DNA of 62,215 bases from a virus (IMGVR_UViG_3300021335_000015:1-62215), one strand, 5' to 3'. Positions 20,509 to 29,872 are shown, counted from the first letter of the stretch. Numbers and translations: made by a program. The notes: a model not told the origin generated them from the letters alone.

Positions 20509-20991
20509 ATGGATAATTTAAAATACATTGCATACATCAATCCAAACACTGGTAAGATAGTACGATTGACTGTGCCGCAGTACAAGGCAGATCCTGAAGG
20601 ACTAGATCAGGACGGTCACTTTGTTGTACACGTCAGCTCGGCAAACTTACCAGAGAACTGTGATGACTTGCGTTACTTCATGGACAATCACTGGTACGAC
20701 ACCGAAAATCACAAATTCATATTTGTCGGTCAACCATGCAACAGTTATGCGACTTGGAGTCTGGAGAAAGGATGGTGGGATTGGGATCCTGAACTAGTAT
20801 ATGCAGACATTCGTAAAACAAGGAATGCGTTGTTGAGTGCTTGTGATTGGACTCAACAAATGGATGTGCCTCTAAGTGAATCAAAACTCCAAGAATGGGT
20901 GACATACCGTCAACAACTGCGTAATATTACAGACAATTTACCAGATGATATTTTGTCAGTAAATGATGTGGTTTGGCCGGTCAGTCCATAA
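20509..20991 (+). CDS. Tail fibre assembly chaperone, paralog of 15645-16073
   Basis: IRKTRNALLSACDWT...WVTYRQQLRNIT...VVWP. Confidence 0.8.
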   Translation: MDNLKYIAYINPNTGKIVRLTVPQYKADPEGLDQDGHFVVHVSSANLPENCDDLRYFMDNHWYDTENHKFIFVGQPCNSYATWSLEKGWWDWDPELVYADIRKTRNALLSACDWTQQMDVPLSESKLQEWVTYRQQLRNITDNLPDDILSVNDVVWPVSP

Positions 20992-21016
20992 GAAAAAACA
21001 ATTTGAGAACTATTGT

Positions 21017-21054
21017 AAAAAAGTGCGGGTACTTCAATCCCCGCACTTTTTTTT
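21017..21054. terminator. Intrinsic (possibly bidirectional) terminator
   Basis: AAAAAAGTGCGGG-loop-CCCGCACTTTTTTTT. Confidence 0.85.
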
Positions 21055-21056
21055 AT

Positions 21057-21064
21057 TATAAATA
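21057..21064 (+). promoter_or_regulatory. T4-type late promoter
   Basis: TATAAATA upstream of the 21117 gene; gp55 is encoded in this window. Confidence 0.85.
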
Positions 21065-21116
21065 ACTACTGTCATTAACCACTTAAATCCTTTTAACTTA
21101 AAAGAGAGACGATATC

Positions 21117-24100
21117 GTGTCAGCATCTAGTATACCACTAAAAATTCAAAATGCTAATGGTGACCTACAGGAATTCACTCCATCGGATGAGTTGTATCTA
21201 TCCTATGCAGTGGGAGAAGCGTTAGTTGCGGCCGCATCTAACGACGTTGGTAATATCAGTTTAACTGATGGCCAATCAATCGGTTCGTTTGTAGATTCTT
21301 ACTACAATGAAATATCTGGTACCCACCCTGCTTCACAGATCACGGGTACCTCAGTGACCACCACTCTGAAGCAAGTGAGTGGCCCAGCAGACGAATCCGG
21401 TGCAGACTTTGTCCGCCCAGTAGGTTATTACGACGTTGCTCCAAACCCAGGCTTCTACGAAATGGTAGACGGGGATATGGACAACTTAGCAGGTCGTGTT
21501 CTATCTAACTTAGTACAGAACGACTATATCGGTACTTTCAAACTGTCCGCTACTCAACCAAGTGCAGACTATACAAAGTTTATTGACTCTGTATTCTCTG
21601 ACACTCACGGTAACGGCGGTGCAGGTACCGTAGTAACAAACTACCACATTTGGATGCGTACTTCTATGACGGCAGTTGCTCCAGTTCGTCCAGTAGCGAC
21701 AAGCTACGACGGTACTGGTTTCAACGGTCTACGTGAAATGACAGATGCCCAGATCCAGTATACACTAGGTCAACGCATCAAGTCACTTCGTGCTACTTCC
21801 GGAGCGATTGGTTCATACCAACTACGTTCAGCAGCACAAGGCGCACCAACAGTCCCAGGCACATGGGTGTCTGTAGGTACTGCACAGAACACACGTCGTA
21901 CACCAGTTGACGTTGCATACGCAAGAACTCGCGTATCTTCATACAACCGTGCACGTGTTTCTGCATACACTCGTACTCGTGTATCTTCATACACGCGTGA
22001 CAGTGTAGATAATTTTGCTCGTACCTTTGTAGGAGACTACACGGGTGCATACTCACGTGACTTCGTAGGAAACTACTCGCGTGACTTTGTTGGGAACTAC
22101 TCACGTACTCGCCCATCATCGTACTCAGGTACATACGCACGTACTCGCGTTTCATCATATTCACGTACTCGCCTAACAGCGTTCACTGGATACTTCGCGG
22201 GAACTTACTCACGTGCTCGTGTTTCGGTTTACACTCGTAACCGCGTAACACCATTTACTGGTACATTCTCACGTAACCGTATATCATCATACACTCGTGG
22301 TCGTGTATCAACCTACTCAGATACATACTCGCGTAATCGTATATCATCATACGCTGCAGCTTATGTTCGTACTCGCGTATCTTCATACACTGGAACTTAT
22401 TCGGGAACATACTCCCGTCTACGTGTCTCTGCGTATGCTGGAACATACACGCGTAACCGTGTTTCTTCTTATGCTGGAACATACACACGAACTCGTGTAT
22501 CTACTTACGCAACTGACTTTACCCGCACCCGTGAAGAGAACTTCGCAGGGACTTACACTGGTTACTATACTGGCGTATTCTCTCGTGCTCGTGTATCAAC
22601 ATATACGCGTAACCGTGTAACAGGTTTCGCAGGTAACTTCATCGGAAACTACTCTCGCAACTTCCAAGGTAACTATTCACGTAACTTCGTGGGTAACTAC
22701 TCTCGTGGATTTGCTGGTAACTACGTAGGTAACTACTCTCGCGTATCAACACGCACATCAACTCGCACACGTTACAGTGCTTACGCAAGAACACGCATCA
22801 CTAACTACGTTGGTGACTTTGCTCGTGATCGCGTCACTAACTTTGCGGGTAACTTCGTGGGCAACTACGCTCGCACCTTCGTAGGTAACTACGGTGGTAA
22901 CTTTATCGGAAACTACGCTCGTGACTTCGTTGGAAACTTCGTTGGTAACTACGCTCGCGCATATGTAGGTAACTACTCTCGCGGATTCGTAGGCAACTAC
23001 GGTCGTAACTACCTTGGTAACTTTGTCGGTAACTACAGCCGTAACTTCCTTGGTGACTTCACCGGAAACTACGCTCGTGGTTTCGTCGGTGACTTCGTTG
23101 GAGATTTCGTAGGTAACTACGCACGTACTTCAACTCGTACATCGACTCGCACACGTTACTCGGCTTATGCTCGTACTCGCGCAACGAACTACACACGTAA
23201 CCGTGGTTCTGCTTACGCTCGTACATCTACTCGTACTCGTTACAGTGCATACGCTCGTACTCGTGCGACAAACTATACAAGAACTCGTGGTTCAGCTTAC
23301 GCACGTACTCGTATCACTAACTACGTTGGTGACTTCGTTCGTACATCGACTCGTAGCAGACCATCTACGTTCTCTTACGCACGTACTCTGTACTACGCAG
23401 GTAACTTCGTAGGCAACTATGGTCGTACTCGTGTAACTAACTACACTCGTGCTTCAGCGGTAGGTGTAACTTATACAGGTAACTACACACGTAACCTATA
23501 CTACGTTGGTAACTACGCTCGTGGATACGCAGGTAACTACGTTGGTGATTATGCTCGTAACCGTGCATTCTCATACGTTGGTAACTATGCTCGTAACCGC
23601 GCATTCTCATATGTCGGTAACTACGCACGTACTCGTGTAACTAACTACACTCGCACATCAACTGGTACTGGCACATATACTCGTAACCGTCCGTACTCAT
23701 TCGTAGGTAACTACACAAGAACTCGTGCGACGAACTATACTCGTACATCAACTGGTACTGGTACATATACTCGTAACCGTGCAGCTTCCTATGCTGGTGA
23801 TTTCGCAGGTAACTTCACGGGTAACTTTACACGTACTGGATCATCGACTCGTGTTTCTACTGGTGGATCGGGTACCTACGTACAAGACCAATACCTAACG
23901 GGTAAAGGTGGTGATACTTACTGGGGTTGGAACGGATACTCGAACCAAGTTGAAATTAAACACAGACTGAAGGGTAACTTTACTGTCACTAGTGGTGTAA
24001 ACGCTAACACTACTATGGTTACCGTTTCTACGGGTGAGACTTTCTGGCGTGGTAATGCAAGAACGAGTGGTACTTATGTACGTTACGGTCTGACATATTA

Positions 24101-26132
24101 CCAAGACGGTACTACGGACTATACTGGTAACTTTACAAATACTACATCATATACTAGCACATCTACTCGCACATCAACACGCACACGTGCAGCTACTTAC
24201 ACAGGTAACTACGCACGTACTTTATACTACACTGGTGATTTCGTAGGTAACTTTGGTGGTACATATACCCGTACTCGTACTGGTAACTACACTGGTAACT
24301 ACACTCGTACTCTATACTACACTGGTGATTTCGTAGGTAACTTTGGTGGTACGTATACTCGTACTCGTACTGGTGCATACACTGGCAACTACGCTCGTAC
24401 TCGTACTGGTAACTACACTGGTAACTACGCACGTACTTCGACTCGCACACGTTACAGTGCTTACGCACGTACTCGCGTTGCGACAGGTACTTACACACGT
24501 AACCGCGCTGCGACACTATACTACACTGGTGACTTTGTAGGTAACTTCGCAGGTGCATACACACGCACATCAACACGTACATCTACTAACACTGGTTACT
24601 ACACACGCACACTAACTTACGCAGGTAACTACGTGGGTAACTATGCGACAACGTTCACTGGCGACTTCGTCGGTAACTATACGCGTAACTTTGCGGGTGA
24701 CTATGTTGGTAACTTCGTAGGTAACTATACACGTGGATTTGCTGGTGACTTCGTAGGCAACTACGCTCGCACATTCGTGGGTGATTTCGTAGGTAACTTC
24801 GTAGGTAACTATGCACGTGGATACGCTGGTAACTTTGCTGGCGACTTCGTCGGTAACTACGCACGTACTCGTGTAACTAACTACACTCGTACTCGTAACT
24901 CTGCGTACACACGTAACCGCACACAGAACTTTGCGAACTCTTACTCTCGCACACGTGAAACAAACTTCACTGGTTACTTCACACGTAACCGTGCATCCGC
25001 ATACGCTCGTACTCGTTACAGCGCATACGCTCGCACACGTGTAACTAACTACGTCGGTGACTTCACACGCGATTCAACCCGCACATCTACTCGTAACCGT
25101 GGTTCGGCTTACGCACGTGATCGTGTAACCAACTTCGCTGGTAACTTCGTAGGAAACTACGCAACAACGTTTACCGGAGACTTTGTTGGTAACTACGCAC
25201 GTGGATTTGCTGGTGACTTTGCTGGTAACTTTACTGGTGACTATGCTCGTACTTCAACGCGCACTCGTTACTCTGCATACGCACGTACTCGTGTATCTGC
25301 ATACGTCCGCAACCGTGGATCATCATACACCCGTGACCGTGTAACTAACTTTGCTGGTGACTTCGTAGGCAACTACGCTCGCACCTTCACTGGTAACTAC
25401 ACACGTCAGTTCGCTGGTGAGTATGTTGGTGATTACGTAGGAACGTTCGCAGGTAACTACGTAGGCAACTTCAGCCGTGACTTCGGTGGAAACTACGTTG
25501 GTAACTACGCTCGTGGATTTGCTGGTAACTATGTTGGTAACTACAACCGTAGTTTCGCAGGTGAGTACACTGGTGCTTACTCTGGTGCATACTCTCGTAA
25601 CTTCGTGGGTGACTACACAGGTAACTACAACCGTGGATTCGCAGGTGAGTATGTGGGCAACTACGCAACCACATTTACTGGTAACTACTCTCGTGGATTC
25701 TCCGGTCAGTACACACGCGACTTCGCAGGTGACTTCGTGGGTAACTACTCAAGAACATTTGCTGGTGAGTACACTGGTGCTTATGCGCGTGACTTTACAG
25801 GTAACTTCGTGGGTAACTACTCGCGTGACTTCGTCGGTGAGTACACTGGTGCTTACTCTCGTGACTTCGTAGGTAACTACTCTCGTGTCCGTGTATCTGC
25901 ATACGCACGTATCAGACCATCTGCTTACTCAGGTGCATACACACGTGACCGTGTTTCTTCTTACCTAGGAAACTTCATCGGTAACTACTCTCGTGACTTT
26001 GGTGGTAACTACACCCGTGAGTTTGCTGGAAACTACGCACGTAGTTTCGTCGGTAACTACATCGGTCAGACCATCTCTGGTACAGAGACACACGTTACAG
26101 ATGTGTACACACTATACGTAAGGGTTGCATAA
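21117..26132 (+). CDS. Giant self-complementary hairpin fibre protein (267-aa base, 650-aa arm, 84-aa tip, 650-aa arm, 20-aa tail)
   Basis: GTG start after AGAGAG, late promoter upstream, strongly biased codons; tetrapeptide units match in mirror order. Confidence 0.85.
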   Translation: MSASSIPLKIQNANGDLQEFTPSDELYLSYAVGEALVAAASNDVGNISLTDGQSIGSFVDSYYNEISGTHPASQITGTSVTTTLKQVSGPADESGADFVRPVGYYDVAPNPGFYEMVDGDMDNLAGRVLSNLVQNDYIGTFKLSATQPSADYTKFIDSVFSDTHGNGGAGTVVTNYHIWMRTSMTAVAPVRPVATSYDGTGFNGLREMTDAQIQYTLGQRIKSLRATSGAIGSYQLRSAAQGAPTVPGTWVSVGTAQNTRRTPVDVAYARTRVSSYNRARVSAYTRTRVSSYTRDSVDNFARTFVGDYTGAYSRDFVGNYSRDFVGNYSRTRPSSYSGTYARTRVSSYSRTRLTAFTGYFAGTYSRARVSVYTRNRVTPFTGTFSRNRISSYTRGRVSTYSDTYSRNRISSYAAAYVRTRVSSYTGTYSGTYSRLRVSAYAGTYTRNRVSSYAGTYTRTRVSTYATDFTRTREENFAGTYTGYYTGVFSRARVSTYTRNRVTGFAGNFIGNYSRNFQGNYSRNFVGNYSRGFAGNYVGNYSRVSTRTSTRTRYSAYARTRITNYVGDFARDRVTNFAGNFVGNYARTFVGNYGGNFIGNYARDFVGNFVGNYARAYVGNYSRGFVGNYGRNYLGNFVGNYSRNFLGDFTGNYARGFVGDFVGDFVGNYARTSTRTSTRTRYSAYARTRATNYTRNRGSAYARTSTRTRYSAYARTRATNYTRTRGSAYARTRITNYVGDFVRTSTRSRPSTFSYARTLYYAGNFVGNYGRTRVTNYTRASAVGVTYTGNYTRNLYYVGNYARGYAGNYVGDYARNRAFSYVGNYARNRAFSYVGNYARTRVTNYTRTSTGTGTYTRNRPYSFVGNYTRTRATNYTRTSTGTGTYTRNRAASYAGDFAGNFTGNFTRTGSSTRVSTGGSGTYVQDQYLTGKGGDTYWGWNGYSNQVEIKHRLKGNFTVTSGVNANTTMVTVSTGETFWRGNARTSGTYVRYGLTYYQDGTTDYTGNFTNTTSYTSTSTRTSTRTRAATYTGNYARTLYYTGDFVGNFGGTYTRTRTGNYTGNYTRTLYYTGDFVGNFGGTYTRTRTGAYTGNYARTRTGNYTGNYARTSTRTRYSAYARTRVATGTYTRNRAATLYYTGDFVGNFAGAYTRTSTRTSTNTGYYTRTLTYAGNYVGNYATTFTGDFVGNYTRNFAGDYVGNFVGNYTRGFAGDFVGNYARTFVGDFVGNFVGNYARGYAGNFAGDFVGNYARTRVTNYTRTRNSAYTRNRTQNFANSYSRTRETNFTGYFTRNRASAYARTRYSAYARTRVTNYVGDFTRDSTRTSTRNRGSAYARDRVTNFAGNFVGNYATTFTGDFVGNYARGFAGDFAGNFTGDYARTSTRTRYSAYARTRVSAYVRNRGSSYTRDRVTNFAGDFVGNYARTFTGNYTRQFAGEYVGDYVGTFAGNYVGNFSRDFGGNYVGNYARGFAGNYVGNYNRSFAGEYTGAYSGAYSRNFVGDYTGNYNRGFAGEYVGNYATTFTGNYSRGFSGQYTRDFAGDFVGNYSRTFAGEYTGAYARDFTGNFVGNYSRDFVGEYTGAYSRDFVGNYSRVRVSAYARIRPSAYSGAYTRDRVSSYLGNFIGNYSRDFGGNYTREFAGNYARSFVGNYIGQTISGTETHVTDVYTLYVRVA

Positions 26133-26153
26133 GCGACCCTTCTATGTTATAAT
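26125..26153 (+). promoter_or_regulatory. Sigma70-type promoter with extended -10
   Basis: TTGCAT-17 nt-TATAAT preceded by TGn. Confidence 0.6.
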
Positions 26154-26169
26154 AGAAGTCTGAATATAG

Positions 26170-26190
26170 GTGGGTCTTCGGACCCACTTT
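26170..26190 (+). terminator. UUCG-loop hairpin (terminator or 5' stabiliser)
   Basis: GTGGGTC-TTCG-GACCCAC-TTT. Confidence 0.7.
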
Positions 26191-26245
26191 ATTAGTCATA
26201 TACATAAAGTTAGAATTGAATTGAACCCTTTTGGAGAATGAGTAA

Positions 26246-26707
26246 ATGAGTTATAGACGTTGGATGGACAACGCTTTTTGGGAAACAGAAGAAAAGAAAG
26301 AACTAAACTGTATCCTAGAAATGGAAGATGATGTGGGTCGTGTCACCCGTCAACAGATGATGTTGTCAAGACATGACCGTGATGGAAATCCTAACGAGTT
26401 GTTTGCAGAAGTTGTAGATGCGCTTGGTGAAGAGTTGATTGATAAGGAAACTACCGATCGAGTCGAACGCAAAGCTGCGGAGGCGGAAGAAGAGAAACAA
26501 CGTGAGTTGGAACATCAAAAGGCAAGGAAACTTGAGAAACTGTTCAACTATAAACTAGAAGCGTTTGAGGTTGAAGAGATCAAGAACTCTAAGAACCGAA
26601 AGTTGAAGGCAAAATTGCGTCGTGCAAAATCAAAGATTGAAGTCGATATGTACTCAATCATGATTCTACAAGACCAACTAGAGGCCGAGACCGATGGAAA
26701 AGAGTAA
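26246..26707 (+). CDS. Hypothetical charged helical protein
   Basis: 153-aa ORF with GGAG SD, overlaps the next gene. Confidence 0.65.
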   Translation: MSYRRWMDNAFWETEEKKELNCILEMEDDVGRVTRQQMMLSRHDRDGNPNELFAEVVDALGEELIDKETTDRVERKAAEAEEEKQRELEHQKARKLEKLFNYKLEAFEVEEIKNSKNRKLKAKLRRAKSKIEVDMYSIMILQDQLEAETDGKE

Positions 26708-27431
26708 AGGGTTTATTATCGTTGCGTCAAAGAAACGCAACTTTTATTTGTACGCAATCAATCTTGCAGAGTCTCTCAGGGACTACTATGAACCAGAAGA
26801 GGAATGCAAGATCTGTTTGGTGACTGAGGAACGATTCCTTGATGACCGTGGTCGAGATGTCGCAGACGATATTCTCTTATGTGACGATCACTACCGCGCG
26901 AAGTTGTGGGGAATGGCGAAATCGCCGTATGACCTAACGATGTATATCGATGCTGATATGGAAGTAGAACACGAAGACATCTGTAAAGTTTGGGATGAAA
27001 TGAAAGATCACGATGTGGTCTTTACTGCTTTGACAGATGATCGTGACTACATATATGCAGAACGTGACTTCGACACCCCAGAGGGTGTTTCTAAGTTCAC
27101 ACTATGCGGTGCAGTATGTTTATATGATATGTCCAAACCGATTGTGCGTGAGTTCATGGATGATTGGTGGGACTTGACATTCAGACAGATGAATGACACT
27201 TGGTGGCCAGACGGGTATGCGGACAGTCTCAAATCTTGGGACCAGTTCTCACTCTGGTGGTTGACCGAGAAAGAAGAAAAGTATAAGGATCTCAAAGTTG
27301 GAATCTTTGATGACGACTTGAGATGGAACTACTACAACGCACTTAATTGGGCAATAACAAAACCAGAAACAGGGCCAGTGATTATCCGTCACTTCTCTGC
27401 TGGTCTTAATAAGGATACACCAATCGTATGA
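26694..27431 (+). CDS. GT-A fold glycosyltransferase-like protein
   Basis: GFIIVA start, KLWGMAKSPYDLTMYIDAD (DxD), WDQFSL, RWNY and IIRH motifs. Confidence 0.7.
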   Translation: MEKSKGFIIVASKKRNFYLYAINLAESLRDYYEPEEECKICLVTEERFLDDRGRDVADDILLCDDHYRAKLWGMAKSPYDLTMYIDADMEVEHEDICKVWDEMKDHDVVFTALTDDRDYIYAERDFDTPEGVSKFTLCGAVCLYDMSKPIVREFMDDWWDLTFRQMNDTWWPDGYADSLKSWDQFSLWWLTEKEEKYKDLKVGIFDDDLRWNYYNALNWAITKPETGPVIIRHFSAGLNKDTPIV

Positions 27432-28135
27432 CACAGTTAAACGACCAATATCTAAAGCACGTCGACGTTAAGAACCCTGAGTTGCTTGCGATTCTGGACA
27501 ACTACGCTGGACTATCGAAGATTCCTGGCTTTGCAGAGAACTGTCACTGCACTTCCAAGGAACGTATTCGTCAGCGTAACTGGTACGTTGGACCAAAGTA
27601 CATGCAAGAGATTGTAGATGAGGGAACGCAACACGAAGGTTTCCCAGATGAGATGGTAGGTTATAACTTTAAACTATCAGATCGCGCTCACCAGATGTTT
27701 GAAAAAGATGCGGATCCAATCTTCAAGCGTGACATGACGCACATGTTGTCAGATCTAAACGACAAGATGATGAACTTCCTGTCAGTCAAGCACAATGCGC
27801 TTGCAGCGGTATACCCACCAGGCGGATTCATTGCATGGCACAACAACGCTAACGCTCCAGGCTTCAACCTAATCTTCTCTTACTCAGAGAGTGGTTCGGG
27901 TTGGTTCGACTATATCCATCCGGAAACTAAAGAAGTTATCCGTTGCCAAGACAAGCCAGGTCAGTGGACTTGCAAGGCAGCATACTTCGGACACTACGGA
28001 GAACAAGAAAAACTAATGTACCACGCTGCATCTTCAGAAGATGATTGGCGCGTAACAGTTTCTTACGTCTTCGACTGGTCTGAGACTTCAGAAGAATTCC
28101 GTGAGATGGTCTTAGAAGACATCGCTTCAGAATAA
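27428..28135 (+). CDS. Fe(II)-dependent oxygenase-like (cupin/2OG-Fe(II) fold) protein
   Basis: YPPGGFIAWHNN...YHAA...RVTVSY pattern (H, distal H, R-x-T/S). Confidence 0.6.
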   Translation: MTQLNDQYLKHVDVKNPELLAILDNYAGLSKIPGFAENCHCTSKERIRQRNWYVGPKYMQEIVDEGTQHEGFPDEMVGYNFKLSDRAHQMFEKDADPIFKRDMTHMLSDLNDKMMNFLSVKHNALAAVYPPGGFIAWHNNANAPGFNLIFSYSESGSGWFDYIHPETKEVIRCQDKPGQWTCKAAYFGHYGEQEKLMYHAASSEDDWRVTVSYVFDWSETSEEFREMVLEDIASE

Positions 28136-28150
28136 AACAAAATATCACGC

Positions 28151-28196
28151 ACCCTAAGTTGTATAAATAGACATAGAACGTTTATACACTTAGGGT
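28151..28196 (+). promoter_or_regulatory. Late promoter (TATAAATA 28162-28169) embedded in an inverted repeat that covers the next ribosome-binding region
   Basis: ACCCTAAGTTGTATAAA (28151-28167) pairs with TTTATACACTTAGGGT (28181-28196). Confidence 0.75.
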
Positions 28197-28200
28197 CTTG

Positions 28201-28557
28201 ATGACTATGGCAACTTACGAAGACTTCACAATCGATCAGGGTGCGGACCTAGCTCTACAGATAGAGTTAGTGAATCCGGACGGATCTAAAAAAGATCTTA
28301 CTGGATATTCTGCTTCTGCGAAGATGAAGAAGACGTATAGAAGTGAGGAGTCTATCGACTTCACTGCCGTGATTCCCGATCCCGCACTCGAAGGGGTCGT
28401 CACACTATCCCTTACTAATTTACAAACCGACACTCTATCCACTCGTGGTAGATATGTCTATGATGTTGAGATTGCTTTCGTTGATGAAGAAGGTCACACT
28501 ATCATAGAAAGAATACTAGAAGGTAAGATAAAAGTCAACCCTTCTGTCACGAGGTAA
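28201..28557 (+). CDS. Small Ig-like virion protein (DFTIDQGA...GRYVYDVEI family)
   Basis: Motifs common in T4-like structural regions; ATG at 28201 or 28207. Confidence 0.6.
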   Translation: MTMATYEDFTIDQGADLALQIELVNPDGSKKDLTGYSASAKMKKTYRSEESIDFTAVIPDPALEGVVTLSLTNLQTDTLSTRGRYVYDVEIAFVDEEGHTIIERILEGKIKVNPSVTR

Positions 28558-28561
28558 CGAC

Positions 28562-29440
28562 ATGCCAATAAGAAGAGTAGGTGGTATCACAGGCGTAGCA
28601 TCCATAAGTGGTTTTGGTTCTGGAACCAAAGTCAAGCGCGTCACTGTCGGCCGACCTATCAGTAATGTCGTACAGAATATCGGTGCAAACATCAAGACGT
28701 TTGATGGACTTGGTGATATTCCCAGTATTGAAGAGTTAAAACTGGGCGAGATTGGTATAAATACTCAAGACGGTAAACTCTATATCAAACGCGAGTATGA
28801 TGGTGGGGTTCAAACGATTGTAGAGATTGGCGCTGTAGGAGATGAGAGTCTCTCTGCGACAACTACATTCAACGCATACATCTATACGTCCGATGGAACG
28901 TTAGAAGTTATATCTGGGGCAGACGACGTTGGGAACGTATTACAATACGACCCAGATCCTAATAGCCCATCAAGAATTCAAGTATATCTCAACGGTGTCT
29001 TACTCCATCAAGGAATTGACTACGTTGCGGATGACGGGAGTACTATCTCCCTAACACACATTGTAGACGCAGAACAAGTTGTACAAGTTGCCGCCTACAA
29101 TTCAACTGGCGTTTCTTTTGGAAACGACCTCATCATAGATGATCACTTTGCCTTTATTGTAGGCACAAATGAAGAGACCCGATTCTATCATAACGGGACA
29201 GATACTATCATTAAGCACTTAGGGTTTAACGATAGTCAGTTCAAGATTCAACATGGGAATGATGATAGATTAATCATGGACGATGCGGGAGTCCAACTCT
29301 TAGGTAATTACTCACTGAACGGACAACCCGTTGCAAACCAAACGGAAGTAGATGCACTAAATGCAAGAATAGATGCTTTAGATTCTGACTTGCAAGATGT
29401 GACTGAACTATTACAGGAACTACTTCAGTTTAGATCCTAA
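28562..29440 (+). CDS. Fibre-associated structural protein
   Basis: LGEIGINTQDGKLYIK motif, IQVYLNGVLL..G.DY domain, C-terminal coiled coil. Confidence 0.6.
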   Translation: MPIRRVGGITGVASISGFGSGTKVKRVTVGRPISNVVQNIGANIKTFDGLGDIPSIEELKLGEIGINTQDGKLYIKREYDGGVQTIVEIGAVGDESLSATTTFNAYIYTSDGTLEVISGADDVGNVLQYDPDPNSPSRIQVYLNGVLLHQGIDYVADDGSTISLTHIVDAEQVVQVAAYNSTGVSFGNDLIIDDHFAFIVGTNEETRFYHNGTDTIIKHLGFNDSQFKIQHGNDDRLIMDDAGVQLLGNYSLNGQPVANQTEVDALNARIDALDSDLQDVTELLQELLQFRS

Positions 29441-29469
29441 AATAACTAACAGGTTAGAATCGTTTTTAG

Positions 29470-29477
29470 TATAAATA
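29470..29477 (+). promoter_or_regulatory. T4-type late promoter
   Basis: Intergenic TATAAATA. Confidence 0.8.
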
Positions 29478-29512
29478 AAGACGTATATTAACCATCTGTA
29501 GTACTCCAAGAT

Positions 29513-29872
29513 ATGATCAATAATAAGTCCTTTAACAGGGTGCTTGCCGAAAGTCTGTTCAATCTGGCTAAAAATAAGCAAGACGAAGTTACTGCTACTC
29601 CAGGCCAGGAAACTCAGTTATTCGAACTTATCGAAGGTACCTCATCATCAACTAATGACCGCACTGTGATCCCTGAATCGCAGGCGTTCATTGCCCCAGG
29701 CGATACAGCCATATTCACATTGAACGGGACACCGGCACGTGATGACTTAATTGATGTATGGGTCAATGATGTACTTCAACATCCTGAAGAAGTATATGAA
29801 ACCATTGGAGATACTATTCAATTTTTTGAGATCCCTCCGCAAGGAACGGACATCTACATAAAATTTCGTTAG
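29513..29872 (+). CDS. Small structural protein with VWVNDVLQHP beta domain
   Basis: Same domain type as in 28562-29440 and near the C-terminus of 29923-35835. Confidence 0.6.
   Translation: MINNKSFNRVLAESLFNLAKNKQDEVTATPGQETQLFELIEGTSSSTNDRTVIPESQAFIAPGDTAIFTLNGTPARDDLIDVWVNDVLQHPEEVYETIGDTIQFFEIPPQGTDIYIKFR

Noticed and set aside
21918-26069. Repeats as a CRISPR array, DNA inverted repeat or diversity-generating retroelement target
   Set aside because: No constant repeat-spacer pattern, the arms are not reverse complements in DNA, and no cas or reverse transcriptase gene or adenine-specific variant pair was seen
21918-26069. RiPP-like polyprotein precursor or T-x-T ice-binding solenoid
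   Set aside because: Neither explains the exact long-range mirror register; no protease or leader pattern; late promoter and fibre context favour a structural role
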